Source: Octopus bimaculoides (taxonomy: Eukaryota). From it: a stretch of 32,585 bases of DNA. The notes below the pieces were generated by a model, which saw only the letters and a program-made list of their open reading frames with translations, was not told the DNA's origin and ran no database searches. The position numbers and the translations under genes are program-made. The DNA lies in contig NC_068986.1 of NCBI RefSeq assembly GCF_001194135.2, forward strand, positions 48,530,263 to 48,562,847, in the 5' to 3' direction. Of this stretch, positions 9,376 through 21,639 are shown piece by piece; the first letter of the stretch is position 1, and each line of letters starts with the position of its first letter.

Positions 9376-12279
9376 ACACCACTATCCCGATGACAAACAT
9401 TACCTCCAAGAATCCTGCCACACCACCACACCGCCATACCGCTCCGAAATTAATGTCGGCAAATCATGTCTCTCACAATATATAGACAATTGAAGCGAGA
9501 TCGAGAAACAGCTGAGTGGCGCGAAATACAGAGGGAGCTACTTGTCTGTCAAGATGGACGGCTCTCAAATGTGACAATGAAACTTGGTGAAAGCTGCTTT
9601 CTACGGATAACGTTGATGATGGGCTGAGGTTTATAGTAGAGTTAGTAGTACTGGTGGAAGTGCTGAAGCTGGTGGTAGTGGTGGTGTTGATAGTAGCGGT
9701 GCAGTTTGTTTTATTATAAGTTCTGTGTTGATCGTGGCGTTGAAGGAAAGAAAATAGAGTTGTTAAGTGTGTGAGTGAAGTGAAAGTGATAGAATATCTG
9801 AAACAGGGAGAAAGAGATAGAGAGGGAAGAGAAAGAGAGAGGGAGGTGGGAGAAAACAGGAAATAGAAAGTGAAAGTAGAAAGTGAAAGTAGAAGAATGA
9901 AACGCAGTCAGTGTATTTGTGCGTGCGTGGATACGTGTGATATTATTCCGAAAAGTGTAATATCACTGCAGAGTGTGTAATATCACTTCGGAGCGTATGA
10001 AAATGCTGAAGAGTTCGTTTCTCTTTAGTGTCAGTTTTAATTTAGGCACTAAGAACAATAACGACTACGGCAACATAACAATATGGAACATTACAAGAAA
10101 AACAACAACAACAACAACAACTACTACTACTACTACTACTACTACTGGCATCACTAAAACAACCCATACTGTCAGCATCGTCTCAACAGCAACATCGATA
10201 ACAATAGCAAGAGTAACGAGAATAGCCAATCCAATTCTTATATCAGTATTCTAACACCACCGTCACAACAACTTCAATCATTGCTAACATCACTACCATA
10301 ATGACTAACAACAGCACCATCAACTAAAAGTTCAGTCGTTCCATTATATTCCTGCCATTGAGACATCAGAATTATTTTATGAATCTTTTCCACTGCTCCC
10401 AGTCTACGATTTCNNNNNNNNNNNNNNNNNNNNNNNNNNNNNNNNNNNNNNNNNNNNNNNNNNNNNNNNNNNNNNNNNNNNNNNNNNNNNNNNNNNNNNN
10501 NNNNNNNNNNNNNNNNNNNNNNNNNNNNNNNNNNNNNNNNNNNNNNNNNNNNNNNNNNNNNNNNNNNNNNNNNNNNNNNNNNNNNNNNNNNNNNNNNNNN
10601 NNNNNNNNNNNNNNNNNNNNNNNNNNNNNNNNNNNNNNNNNNNNNNNNNNNNNNNNNNNNNNNNNNNNNNNNNNNNNNNNNNNNNNNNNNNNNNNNNNNN
10701 NNNNNNNNNNNNNNNNNNNNNNNNNNNNNNNNNNNNNNNNNNNNNNNNNNNNNNNNNNNNATTTATTTATTTATTTATTTATTTATTTATTTTCCTTTTG
10801 CAATTTTCAGAAAATTTTTGCAAATTTGTGTTCTACACATATGATCTACACATATGATCTTGCAAAAAGTGTTTTTTTTTTTAAATTTTAAACTCTTCTT
10901 CCATAGGTCCTAAAAGTTCCACTCTTTTTCGAATTTCTTTTTGAATCATAGTTTGAAATACGGACAGTCCCAAATTTTTGCTTAAATCCCATCAATGGGC
11001 CACCTTTGCAAGCATCATCATTTCATTAAATGTGTTAATCAGAAGAAAAAAATATTTAAAAATATCAGTACATGTCAGAGCAACAAAGACACAAGGAAGG
11101 TATCCGGTGGTCGTAAGATGTGCTAAAAATAACTTCTAAATCGTCTTTGAATCACACACAAATTTGTTTTTGCAAAATAGTATGAATTCCCGTGTGTGGA
11201 ACATTCAAATGTTTCACTGGGATTCGGAAAGCAGGTGGTCCCATCTCGTCCCCAGTATATGGGTGCCATTAGCCCCCAAGAATCTCGTCCGCTTTTCATT
11301 GGCTTTATGTATTTATTTGCTATCCTGCTGAGTGTTTACATCCCCTACCGCGCTGAACAAGCTCAGTAAGGACTCACTTCAGCTACCGATTTGTCGGCTT
11401 TGAGCAAGAACCATTGAATTGCATGATTACAAGACACAGGTTTCCATCAGCATTTCAAGGAATTGGACCTGACCTGACACGTCAACTAAAATTGAAGCCT
11501 GACAAATCTACTAGCGAGGGAGCCTTCACACCGCTGCATGACCAGAAATAAAAATTGCTGCCAAATTTCCTTTCAAATTACATTCTACGGTTTACAAAAA
11601 TAGATGCATATAAGAATTTAGTTTTAGATATTTAAAAAGAAAAATCTTTTGACTTTTATCATAAGGCTAATCGATCATAATTAAGTTGGAGTTAAACAAA
11701 AACAGTAACAGTTGACCGAAAAATCAATAAATCGAGAAGTTGATCGAATAAACGATTAAACAACACATCGCCAACATAATGATATATTATTTAGAAAGTT
11801 ATATTGTTACGGTTTATTGAATATTTTTTGTTATTAAAATCTAAATGTTGTTTATGTGTTTGTGCGTGTCATATTTTATCGGTAATGTTTTAATTGTTGT
11901 TTTTACATGCAGGAACACCGCCTTGTAAACTCTTATCAAAGAAATGACCTCAGTACATATTTTAAAGTCTGGTGCTTATAATAACGTTCTCTTTTTGCCA
12001 AAACGCTATTTTACAGAAACGTAAACAAACAAACACCGGTTGCCAAGCGGTTGGAGAGACAAACACAAAGGCAGTGGCACACGCATACATATATACGTGT
12101 GCGTGCATGCGTGCGTGTGTGTATGTGCGTGTATGTGTGTGTGTGTGTGCGCGTGCGCGCGCGTGTTTGCATGCATGTATAAATTGTTTGAAGTGATGTA
12201 CAGATTTTATATATCAAGAAAAAGGGGATAGTCAGAATTTTGGATAATTACTTATTTAGAAGTTTCATCTCATTTCAGA

Positions 12280-12305
12280 GATTCATCAGGAATTCCTGAT
12301 GAATC
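12280..12305. repeat. Perfect 26-bp palindrome
   Basis: GATTCATCAGGAATTCCTGATGAATC equals its own reverse complement. Confidence 0.95.
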
Positions 12306-12354
12306 GCTGATTCGAAATGAATGCGCTAAATAAATAATTATCGAAAGGTAGTCG

Positions 12355-12430
12355 GACCTGCTAGAAATAGTAACCAAATCTCTCACATTACCTCCTGTAA
12401 GGAAAAGAAAAGGACACTTTGGATAATGTA
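12355..12430. repeat. Short interspersed repeat fragment, related copies at about 14400-14500 and 14695-14755
   Basis: Shared gg-c-tgctagaaatag-aaccaa...aaaagga-ggaca motif at several loci in the window. Confidence 0.55.
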
Positions 12431-13292
12431 GCCGCCGGAAGATGATTGTAAATACTGGAATGAGGATGCTCGCGGCAGGAATATTTTTTAAACATAAGTC
12501 TACGTTATGTGTGTTGACCTGTGGTTAAACTATAACAACAACAACAACAACAATAACAACGATAGTAGCAACAACATCAACGGCACATTCTCATCATTAT
12601 TTCCCAGAAGAATTACTAAATCTGCCACTGTTAAAATCACCAACTCACCATCACTACTCGCGCCAAAAGCACAATAAGAATTTTTGGTGCACCAGCATGA
12701 CCGCAGCCACTTGGCTGAAACACATAAATACATAAATAAATAAAAAATAAATAACAAGCAACAGACACAAGAACAGCAACCACAACAACAACAACAGCAA
12801 AAAGCCCCAGGATAACGATAATAAAATCTACAAAAAGAACAACGACAACAATGACAGCAACAGCAGTAACACCCACCACTACCACCACCACCAAGAACAA
12901 CAACAACAACAATAACAACAATAACAACATTGGCAACGCTTTGGACAGCAACAGCTAAAAACTGAGTCCATTCTTTTGTCAAGAAGACAGAAAAAAAAAA
13001 GCATGTAAATAATGGGAGCATGGTGAAATGCCCGGATGTGAGGTAAGAAGAAAGATGGCGGTTGTGTGGTGGACGTTGAACAGTTCGTTGGACACGAGTT
13101 AATATTTCATTGTATTAAAAGAAAATAAATATTAAGCTCACAGAAGCCCGGGTAATGTGTGGAAGTGGTTGAGGTTGCTGTAATGGTGATGGTGGTAGTA
13201 ATGGCAAAGATGGTGAGGATGCTGGTGGTTGAAGTGGGAGTTATAGTTGTGATGGTGTGGTAAACGTGGTGGGGATAATAGTGGTTTTGTTT

Positions 13293-13327
<35 letters not shown>

Positions 13328-13859
13328 GATGGTGGTGTTGGTGGTGGTTATTGTGTTGAATGTGATTGAGGTAGTGGTAAAGGTGATGGTAGTCGTAATG
13401 GTGGTGATGACAATGGTAAATGAGGTGGTGGTGGCGGTCAAAGGGGATGTTGATAGTGATGGTGGTGATGGTGGTGTTGTTGGGTAGTGATGGGGATGGA
13501 GTTGATGGTAGTGACAGAGTTAGAGGTAACGTTAGTTGTGTTGGCGATGGGTTAGGTGATGGCGACTGTGGTGGTAGCCATTGAAAGAAGGAACGCTACC
13601 AACATCACCATCACCACCATTACCACTACTACCATTACCACCAATCCCACCATCACTATCACCACCGTCATCACCAATACCACCACTATCATCAGAGCTA
13701 ACATCCATGCAATGATGTTGTGAAATAACAGCCAAACCTCCCTCAGATAACACACAAAGCGATGGACACAGATAATATAGTTCTTGATATATTTTGCATG
13801 CAAAAAAAGTGAACGTTTGCTTGATATGGGTTTACCTGGGACTAAATAACAACACCGTG

Positions 13860-14095
13860 AAGGTGCCTGACCCAGCGGTGCTCGTAATCGTAACAACGTG
13901 GATTCGATTCCCGGATCGAGCGACAGATTGTGTTCTTGAGCAAAACACTTCATTTCACGTTGCACCAGTCCACTCAACTGTAAATGAGAGTTCAAGTGAA
14001 GAGGGTTGTGATCTCATTTATTTATAAACCATGGAAACAGGGTTAGCTCCGTCCTTCTAAGTCCTAGGGCTCATGACATAACTAAATAATAACAA
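13860..14095 (+). mobile_element. SINE family C, degraded copy
   Basis: ttcgattcccgg B-box-like motif, then tgtgttcttgagcaaaacacttcatttcacgttgcaccagtccactca matching 2640-2961. Confidence 0.7.
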
Positions 14096-14107
14096 CAGTC
14101 TCTAGAT

Positions 14108-14365
14108 CGGCGGTTCTTAACCAGGGTCCACATGATCCTTGGGGTGGGGTCTATATAAGATTTTTGGTGTTAAAATTTGTATAATATATTGGCTATACTT
14201 CTACAATACACAAAATATTTTAACAGTTTCTTTTATACAGTTCCTCATAATACTTAATTATAAAAATATAATAGGGTTTTCAAATGGATTGGGGGTCCAG
14301 CAGAATAAAATAGGAATCAAGGGGATCCATAGGTTAAAAAAAAAACGAAAGATTGAAAACCAGTG
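14108..14365. mobile_element. hAT (Charlie-like) MITE
   Basis: Degenerate TIRs cggcggttcttaacc / gattgaaaaccagtg (typical end cagtggttc-caa). 8-bp flanks ctctagat (14100-14107) and ctcttgaa (14366-14373) fit the nTCTAGAn target of Charlie elements. Confidence 0.65.
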
Positions 14366-15224
14366 CTCTTGAACCGAAAACGGAACTTCCACTTGGTCTT
14401 TTGAGTTGTTTGAAATAGCAGTGACCTCATCCTCAAATTGCAACCTATTATCTTAAGAAAAGGAAGGACAATGAATATTGTGGATATGATTGAAAGGCCT
14501 TTCCCAGGACGAGGACAGGATGGTCACCCATAGAACGTATTTGATCAAAGTCTCCGTAAGCAGCACTGATCTGGGTTTAAGCAACAATTATAACACCACA
14601 AAAATGACGAACGCCATCGGTACACCACCACCACCAAAACATTATTTCCAGTATCCTGGCCAGCAACTCGATCACTGCGGTACTGGTAAGATTTACTTGG
14701 TCTGCTAGAAATAGCAACCAAGATATTAATAAATACACCCTGCTGTCTTAAAAAGTATGTGACATTGCAAATTGTAGTTCTGGGTTCCTTGTTCATAGAA
14801 AGAGCAGATGGTCATAATTCAGAACTGCTCGATTTGAGTTGACCTGGGGCAAACAACAACAACAACAACAACAATAACAACAACAGCCACAACAATAACA
14901 ACAACATCAAATTTGCCAAAACAGATTTAGTAATCAACATCTACACCATTCTCTACCAAAGATAATCTCCGACCACCTCCACCACCTCAACCAACATTAC
15001 TGCCATCACTATCATCACAACCACCAACAGCACTACCGACACCAATTCCTATTACAAATGGTATCAAAAAGCTGAGGTCAGAGCCCATTCGTATTGGACA
15101 CGCTAGAATTAGAAAGAGGAAAGAGGAAAATACGAGGAAAATACGAGAAAAGCACACACACACACACACACACATATAAATACATATGTGTGCGTGCGTG
15201 TGTGTGTGTGTGTCTTTGTGCTCC

Positions 15225-15420
15225 ATCTCTTAACAATCAGTGTTGGTTTGTTTACGTCCCCATAACTTAATAGCACGGAGAGAGAGGTTTATAGAGTAAT
15301 ACCGGAACTTCAAAAAAATTCCGTATTGAGGTTAATTTGTTCTGCGAAAATCCTTCAAGGCTGTGCGTCAGCATGGTCGCAGTCCAATGACTGAGGCAAG
15401 TAAAAGATAAAGGATAAAAG
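15225..15420 (+). mobile_element. SINE family B, 3' half
   Basis: cttaacaatcagtgttggtttgtttacgtccccataactta ... agcatggtcgcagtccaatgactga. Confidence 0.7.
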
Positions 15421-16907
15421 ATTCATGGTGACCAAAAATATGACTTGCGGTTTAGCGGGGGATGTGTCTAGAACGCTTTGGTCTCCACTGTTGTGTACCC
15501 TGGCACCAACGGAGGCAACCACAGAACGGTGAATTCTCTACTTTTTTTCTGTACTATAACCTTTGCATATCAGAGGATGCTCTTTCCCTTTGCTGTACGA
15601 CGATGTATTTGCAATGTTGTATATGCTCAAGTGCACCCGGTCATTCGAATACATTGTGCCATGAAGTCTGCTCCGTCTGGTCCAATGGGAAATTACTCTA
15701 CAACAGCAGCAGCAGCAGCAACAACAACAACAACAAAAACAACGGCAGCAGCAACAGCAGAGGCATACAGAGAAGTAGTAATAGTGAATTCTTAACACGA
15801 CAAACTCATAACTACTACCACCACCACCGAAAACAACAACAACACCAACATCACCAACACCACCTACACCATCACCGCCACCACCACCACCACAATCACC
15901 CCACCCCCACTACCACCACCACCACCACCACCACCACCACTGTCGCTTGTAGCTACTACACCCAAAACAATGAGAATATAAATAATACAAATTCCTTAAC
16001 TGGTGTATTGACATCAATCATACTATAATAATTATGTATGTATTGCGCCTATCAGCGTGCGCAAGTGTAACTGCGTTGTCTGGGTTTTCTTGTGTACGTG
16101 TATATCTGTGAATCAGTGTGCTTACTTATGTGCTTGTGTCTGTGTTCGTTTATCTACGTAACTATCTATGTATAGCTGTGTCTGCCTGTGTGCGTTTTCC
16201 ATACATACGTTAGCATATGTATGCGTGTCTGTTAACGTGTGCCAAATATATACATATATATATACATATATATATANNNNNNNNNNNNNNNNNNNNNNNN
16301 NNNNNNNNNNNNNNNNNNNNNNNNNNNNNNNNNNNNNNNNNNNNNNNNNNNNNNNNNNNNNNNNNNNNNNNNNNNNNNNNNNNNNNNNNNNNNNNNNNNN
16401 NNNNNNNNNNNNNNNNNNNNNNNNNNNNNNNNNNNNNNNNNNNNNNNNNNNNNNNNNNNNNNNNNNNNNNNNNNNNNNNNNNNNNNNNNNNNNNNNNNNN
16501 NNNNNNNNNNNNNNNNNNNNNNNNNNNNNNNNNNNNNNNNNNNNNNNNNNNNNNNNNNNNNNNNNNNNNNNNNNNNNNNNNNNNNNNNNNNGACGAGACG
16601 CTTCTGCACCGAGGGATGAACCACAACTAGTTGTATAGATTCCCTCCCGCGAGGGACGGTGCACGATATGTGGAAACGATCATTATGAACAATAAACTTC
16701 CCCGTATATTCATTCCATGTTCCGTTTCTATCACACACACGCGCGCGCACACATACACACACACACACACACACATAAACACACACACACAGACACACAC
16801 ATACACACACATATATAAACAGACACTCAGACAAGCATCAATATATGCACAAGCACCAAACACACGCACTTACAAACACACAGACTCATACACATATGTA
16901 TATCAAG

Positions 16908-17100
16908 CATGGCTATGTGGTTAAGCAGTTCACTTCACCACTAATTTGTTTGGTTCGATCTTATTGCACAGTACTTTGGCCAGTGTCTTGTATTTTCATC
17001 TACTCTACTATATTAACTTAGTAGAGGTTTACCAAATCACAATATATTAGTAAACTTAAACTAAATATACCAATGACTCGTGAATGGATTTTGGTTGAGA
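16908..17100 (+). mobile_element. SINE family B, degraded 5' half
   Basis: catggctatgtggttaag ... ggttcgat ... ttggccagtgtctt ... tcgtgaatggattttggt. Confidence 0.55.
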
Positions 17101-17114
17101 GACAACATGCCATG

Positions 17115-17560
17115 TAAGAATTGAACGTGCGGATAGGTGTCTCCCAGGGCCCGTTTCTTACGCTCTTTCTGTGCACCATAGTTCTCCAAGACATAACAGA
17201 GGAGTTTAAGACCGGTTGTTCATAGAAACCTCAGTATACTTGTGGTCTAGATTTCATAACTGAATCTTCCATTGATTTGAAGACAAAATTCCAACCGTGA
17301 AATCATGATGCCTCAAAACAAACCTAGCAACTAAAAAATTTCAGAACGAAAGAAGAAATGTGCTCTTGTATTGGAAATGGATATGGTATGTTTATTGATA
17401 AGAATAGGGAGGAATTCCGAGTAGTATACTCAGTATAAACCATGGATGCACAAGGAATGAGACAGTTGGGCGTAGCTATTAGTACGCTGACAATTTGACA
17501 TGGCTGAGTGAACATTGAGCCTGTTTGAGCGACAGTATGCTTTGGCACTGGAGGCAAGCA
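17115..17560 (+). mobile_element. Decayed RTE-clade LINE reverse-transcriptase fragment
   Basis: From about 17125: VRIGVSQGPFLTLFLCTIVLQDITEEFKTGCS*KPQYTCGLDFITESSIDLKTKFQP*, matching the RTE pattern GVHQGSVLSP-LF-IV---IT-EF-TGCPWELLYADDL with YADD decayed. Later GRNSE*YTQYKPWMHKE resembles G-NSI-C--C--W-HK-C. Multiple stops. Confidence 0.75.
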
Positions 17561-18597
17561 CGAACAAACACGCAAGCAATGGGCGTAGAAATATGAACGT
17601 AGAGAAAAAGTTAGAGAGAGAGAGAGAGGGGAGAGAGAAAGAGAGAGATATTTCAATTTAGTAATTGAACACAAGTGACATAGACACCTTCCTTCTCCTC
17701 ATACACATGAAGTGAAATATGTTCACATATATAAACAGAGAGAAAGGGGGGAGGAACAGAGCTAACAAGAAAAATATTTAAATGACTGTCAAATAAATCA
17801 TCGTCAAATCAGTGCCGCTAAATTGGCAGCGCCAAACTGTTTCATACTCGCAAAACGTGCAGTGGCATGAAGAGCAAGCTTGAAAAGGGCAACAACTCTG
17901 AATACAACATTACAAGCAGAGATAGTTGGCAGTAACAGGTCTAGGGAAATAGAGTCTTCCAATAATCGAAAGCTCTCAAGAAGTATTTGAAATGTTTTAC
18001 TGCAAAAGTGATATAATTTTTAGGGGATACTGTGGTCTGAAAACGTAGTAACCAGAGTAAGACCAAAGTAGAAACAATTTATGTAGTTATTAACTCTGTT
18101 GGTTATAAAGGTCTGATTGTATATTGCTTATAGATAGACCATATGACATTTTTAGTCACATTAGAAATGCTATCTTACATAGCACAAAGTTGTAACTTAG
18201 AGATGGAGTGGAAGGCTTTCAATGAAAAGAAACTGAGCGGCTCGGAAGGTCTGAAACTGGTAAGTTTTCCCGAAGGATCCCCACACAAAGAGACGCTGAT
18301 GCAACTGAGCGCCTACACAAAAGCCATTGAGGTATATAAATATACACGTATATAAATATACACGTATATACCTATACACACAAATACACATATACATACA
18401 TAGATATATATGGTTTAAATTTATAGAAAAATAAGACAAAAACAGGTGTATGAAAAACAAGCAAGCGTATTAGTTTGACGCTCAGGAAGAATGGAAAAAT
18501 CTTTTACGTTTCGATCTTACGCACTTCAAAAGCAAAGAATAAGAGGAATTACACACAGAGAGAATGAAAAAAACGTATAGAGTTCAGTGGTCCAGCA

Positions 18598-18746
18598 TGG
18601 ACGGGATTCTTTCGGTTTCCTTCAACCAAATCCACTCACAAAACTTTGGTCGGCTCGAGGTAATAGGAGAAGACACTCGCCCAAAATTCCACGGTGTTGG
18701 GTTGAACCCGGAAATATGTGGTTTACAAACAAACTTCTTACCACAC

Positions 18747-18750
<4 letters not shown>
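18598..18750 (-). mobile_element. SINE family B, 5' half
   Basis: ttcggtttccttcaaccaaatccactcacaa...ttcttaccacacag, same as 7201-7342. Confidence 0.75.
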
Positions 18751-18794
<44 letters not shown>

Positions 18795-20199
18795 NNNNNN
18801 NNNNNNNNNNNNNNNNNNNNNNNNNNNNNNNNNNNNNNNNNNNNNNNNNNNNNNNNNNNNNNNNNNNNNNNNNNNNNNNNNNNNNNNNNNNNNNNNNNNN
18901 NNNNNNNNNNNNNNNNNNNNNNNNNNNNNNNNNNNNNNNNNNNNNNNNNNNNNNNNNNNNNNNNNNNNNNNNNNNNNNNNNNNNNNNNNNNNNNNNNNNN
19001 NNNNNNNNNNNNNNNNNNNNNNNNNNNNNNNNNNNNNNNNNNNNNNNNNNNNNNNNNNNNNNNNNNNNNNNNNNNNNNNNNNNNNNNNNNNNNNNNNNNN
19101 NNNNNNNNNNNNNNNNNNNNNNNNNNNNNNNNNNNNNNNNNNNNNNNNNNNNNNNNNNNNNNNNNNNNNNNNNNNNNNNNNNNNNNNNNNNNNNNNNNNN
19201 NNNNNNNNNNNNNNNNNNNNNNNNNNNNNNNNNNNNNNNNNNNNNNNNNNNNNNNNNNNNNNNNNNNNNNNNNNNNNNNNNNNNNNNNNNNNNNNNNNNN
19301 NNNNNNNNNNNNNNNNNNNNNNNNNNNNNNNNNNNNNNNNNNNNNNNNNNNNNNNNNNNNNNNNNNNNNNNNNNNNNNNNNNNNNNNNNNNNNNNNNNNN
19401 NNNNNNNNNNNNNNNNNNNNNNNNNNNNNNNNNNNNNNNNNNNNNNNNNNNNNNNNNNNNNNNNNNNNNNNNNNNNNNNNNNNNNNNNNNNNNNNNNNNN
19501 NNNNNNNNNNNNNNNNNNNNNNNNNNNNNNNNNNNNNNNATATATATATATATATAAATACATGCACACAATAACACACACACAGACTCATATATCTACA
19601 CAATATATATATCTTGCATAATTTACGCTATCGATTGCTGAGTGTGGTTACTTGACGATCGTTACTCTGTTTGTTATTCTGTTATTTGTTTATAATTGTA
19701 TCTATAGAATGGTTAGTATTAACCTTTCCATTGTTTCCCAACACAGCATGATCCGTCCAGACATCTGATTCGAACTGGCGCCAAATATATCAATAGATGA
19801 TTCAGTTCAATACTTTGGGACACCATGGTGCTAATCGAGTTGGCCAAATCGTGTGATTCAAGGGTACGACAAACCCCCTGGGGTTGGGGTGGGGGTGAGT
19901 CTCTTATGACTTTGTTTCTGTTGTCGTTGTTGTTGCTATTGTTGCTCCTACTGGTTGTGGCAGTAGTAATGATGTTTGTGGTGTTTATGCTGCCTTTCTT
20001 GGTGATTGTAGTATTGGTAGTGGTGTTGGTTTGGTGGTAGGTGTTATAAAGTTGAATATTCTAACATTTATATAAATTCCCACACGTTAGCTTATATCCT
20101 ATCACTGCCTCTGTTCCTCTCTCGTTTCTTTCTCTCCTCTCTCTCTATACATACTCACACACATAGACATATATATACACAAAGATATATATATGTGTG

Positions 20200-20247
<48 letters not shown>

Positions 20248-20499
20248 ATATATATATATATATATATACTTGGACGTATGGGCAACACACCTACACGCAC
20301 ATATGTGTGCGAATGAGGTTTTGTTTGATGTCTGTTTAGCTTTGTGTCTAAGCATTGTGCTGTTTTTGAATTACTTCAATTCTTCCTGAAAGGAAAGAAT
20401 TGGGTTGTAACATAGATACCAACAAAGAAAATTAGACACAAAGCTCCATCGCTGAAATGTTGGTAAAAGAAGCAATGAGTGTTACTTCTTTCATCTTCT

Positions 20500-20755
20500 T
20501 TTGCTTGTTTTAGTTATTAGACTGCGGTCATGCTGGGACAATGCCTTGAAGAATTTTTAATCGAACGAATCGACCTCATTACTTTTCTTTTTGGAGCTTG
20601 GTGCTATTCTAACAATCTCGTCAGCCGAACCACTTAGTGGCTGGGACATAAACACACCAACATCGTTTGTCAAGCAGTGGTGAATGACATGGACAAACAC
20701 AAAGGCACAAAGGCACGCCTTTGTGTTTGTGCATGTCCCCCGTATATACGTATGC

Positions 20756-20846
<91 letters not shown>

Positions 20847-21182
20847 TATTGTAGTTCGCTTGAAGCATTGAGTATTGTTTGTAAGGAATAAAATGTTTTG
20901 AATGGTACAACAATGCACTACAAAAAAATGGACTATATACCTGTTGTAATTTAGTTATCCATAGTCCGATGATATTTCGGAATACAATTCCTTCTTCAGA
21001 TATTCTTAGATGGAGTCGCTATGGACTTCCTTCAGCTTCCGTTGACCAAATTGACTCACAATGCTTCAGTCGGAACGAAGGAATAGTAGAAGACAGTTGC
21101 CTAAGGTGACACGCAATGGGACTGAGCCCAGAACCACGTGGTTGGGAAGCAAGCTTCTTACAAAACAGCCACGCCTGCACCT
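20500..21182 (-). mobile_element. SINE family B, full minus-strand copy with expanded centre
   Basis: 3' half 20500-20720 (gactgcggtcatgctgg; gccgaaccactta), 5' half 21020-21182 (tcagcttccgttgaccaaatt-actcacaa...cagccacgcctgc), with (TA)n(GA)n and about 190 bp of other sequence between. Confidence 0.65.
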
Positions 21183-21299
21183 GTTGAGTTTTAGAAAATA
21201 TAATCTTTGGTTTCGCTTGGAGAATATGTTTCTAAGGTTCGTATTTGTCGTTCACTTTCTTTGCATGAAAAGCCCAGCTTTTCGAGATTATAATGCTCA

Positions 21300-21497
21300 T
21301 ACAGGCGCTGGTATGACTGTGTTTTATAAGTTTAGTTACCAACCACATCGTTTCGGGTTTAGCCCCACTGTGCTGCACCTTGGGCAAATAGACGGATCCT
21401 GCTATAGCCCTGGGCCGACCAAGGCTTTATTAGTGAATTTGGTAAATGTAACTGAAAGAAACCCGACGTACATACATGTGTGTCTTTGTGTATGTGT

Positions 21498-21531
<34 letters not shown>

Positions 21532-21560
21532 GTGTGTGTGTATGTGTGTGTGTATGTATG

Positions 21561-21639
<79 letters not shown>

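Noticed and set aside
12340-12490. Minus-strand exon after a strong acceptor; + strand PPEDDCKYWNEDARGRNIF*
   Set aside because: Overlaps an interspersed repeat also present at 14400-14755, showing that such coding-like reads can be false positives.
12530-13753. Poly-V/T/C/L/G ORFs
   Set aside because: Translations of trinucleotide microsatellites.
18564-19621. Six ORFs of 279-344 aa, and similar ORFs across the other gaps
   Set aside because: Length comes from N runs plus (TA)n/(CA)n; the remaining residues are SINE sequence.
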